Assembly (NCBI RefSeq): GCF_050700635.1
Contig: NZ_JBOHDT010000160.1
Location: 1,738 to 65,737, forward strand
Length of the DNA stretch: 64,000 bases
Direction of reading: 5' to 3'
From: Aeromicrobium sp.
Lineage (GTDB): Bacteria > Actinomycetota > Actinomycetes > Propionibacteriales > Nocardioidaceae
Part shown: positions 63,865-64,000 of the stretch, one piece after another
How positions within the stretch are numbered: position 1 is the first letter of the stretch
Layout: every line of letters starts with the position of its first letter
Made by a program: the position numbers and the translations under genes
Notes under the pieces: model-generated
Told to the model about the DNA's origin: nothing
The model's input: the letters and a program-made list of their open reading frames with translations, nothing else
Databases searched by the model: none

Positions 63865-64000
63865 TGACCGCCGTCACCATCACCCTGATCCTCCTCGCGG
63901 TCCTCGCGGTCGTGGTCGTCTCGATGACCGTCAAGATCGTGCCGCAGGCGCGCGCCGGCATCGTCGAACGCTTCGGCAAGTACCGTGCGACGCTGTCGGC
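63864..64000 (+). CDS. SPFH/band-7 (stomatin-like) protein, 5' fragment running off the window
   Basis: MTAVTITLILLAVLAVVVVSMTVKIVPQARAGIVERFGKYRATLS... is the canonical stomatin-family N-terminus. It forms the usual NfeD-SPFH pair. Confidence 0.8.
   Translation, partial: MTAVTITLILLAVLAVVVVSMTVKIVPQARAGIVERFGKYRATLS

Overview
This is a visibly GC-rich window with strong G/C preference at third codon positions, and gene content typical of an actinobacterial chromosome. My guess is a Nocardioides/Propionibacteriales-like organism, but that is not verifiable here. It is almost entirely conserved core genome, densely packed, with many 1-10 bp start/stop overlaps.

Gene order, left to right:
- LuxR regulator, flavin reductase, dxs, PAC2-family gene, tesB
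- secreted CocE/NonD hydrolase, then htdX-like/fabG4-like genes divergent from a fadA-like thiolase plus a TetR regulator
- uvrB, a candidate Mn riboswitch with TerC, an APC permease, a P450, a lipoprotein
- a divergent ArsR-ArsI/CadI pair, an MBL hydrolase, uvrA, a Tat-Rieske lipoprotein, uvrC
- rapZ-yvcK-whiA, gap-pgk-tpiA-secG, rbpA
- the minus-strand pentose-phosphate operon tkt-tal-pgi-zwf-opcA-pgl
- ctaB, an acidic small protein, a GNAT, then ctaA with an ABC-2 exporter pair
- ligC, a DinB-like gene, a Prim-Pol gene
- the suf operon sufR-sufB-sufD-Rieske-sufC-sufS-sufU-sufT
- DUF1905, an ABC-F ATPase, an FAD oxidase, SURF1, moaA, a small Cys protein, DUF3099, dodecin, serB, an orphan ABC ATPase, and NfeD with the start of an SPFH gene

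I found no rRNA, tRNA, CRISPR array, transposase, integrase or recognisable defence or toxin system. I cannot honestly point to a novel multi-gene system.

The things worth a second look are non-coding:
- a 22-bp-phased array of a palindromic CTCGCGAG core (5191-5362)
- a shared CTGTAAC-N5-GTKACAG palindrome at two sites in the fabG4/htdX/fadA locus
- a 17-bp perfect inverted repeat over the Prim-Pol promoter
- a long-range helix that would sequester the rapZ ribosome-binding site
- a leaderless 7-codon uORF ahead of the ABC-F gene
- PafBC-type damage promoters ahead of uvrB and uvrA
- a recurrent TAnnnT-N6/7-start (leaderless) architecture
- one 51-codon membrane ORF below the ORF-track cutoff

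Many long ORFs in the supplied track are antisense or out-of-frame artefacts of the GC-rich sequence.
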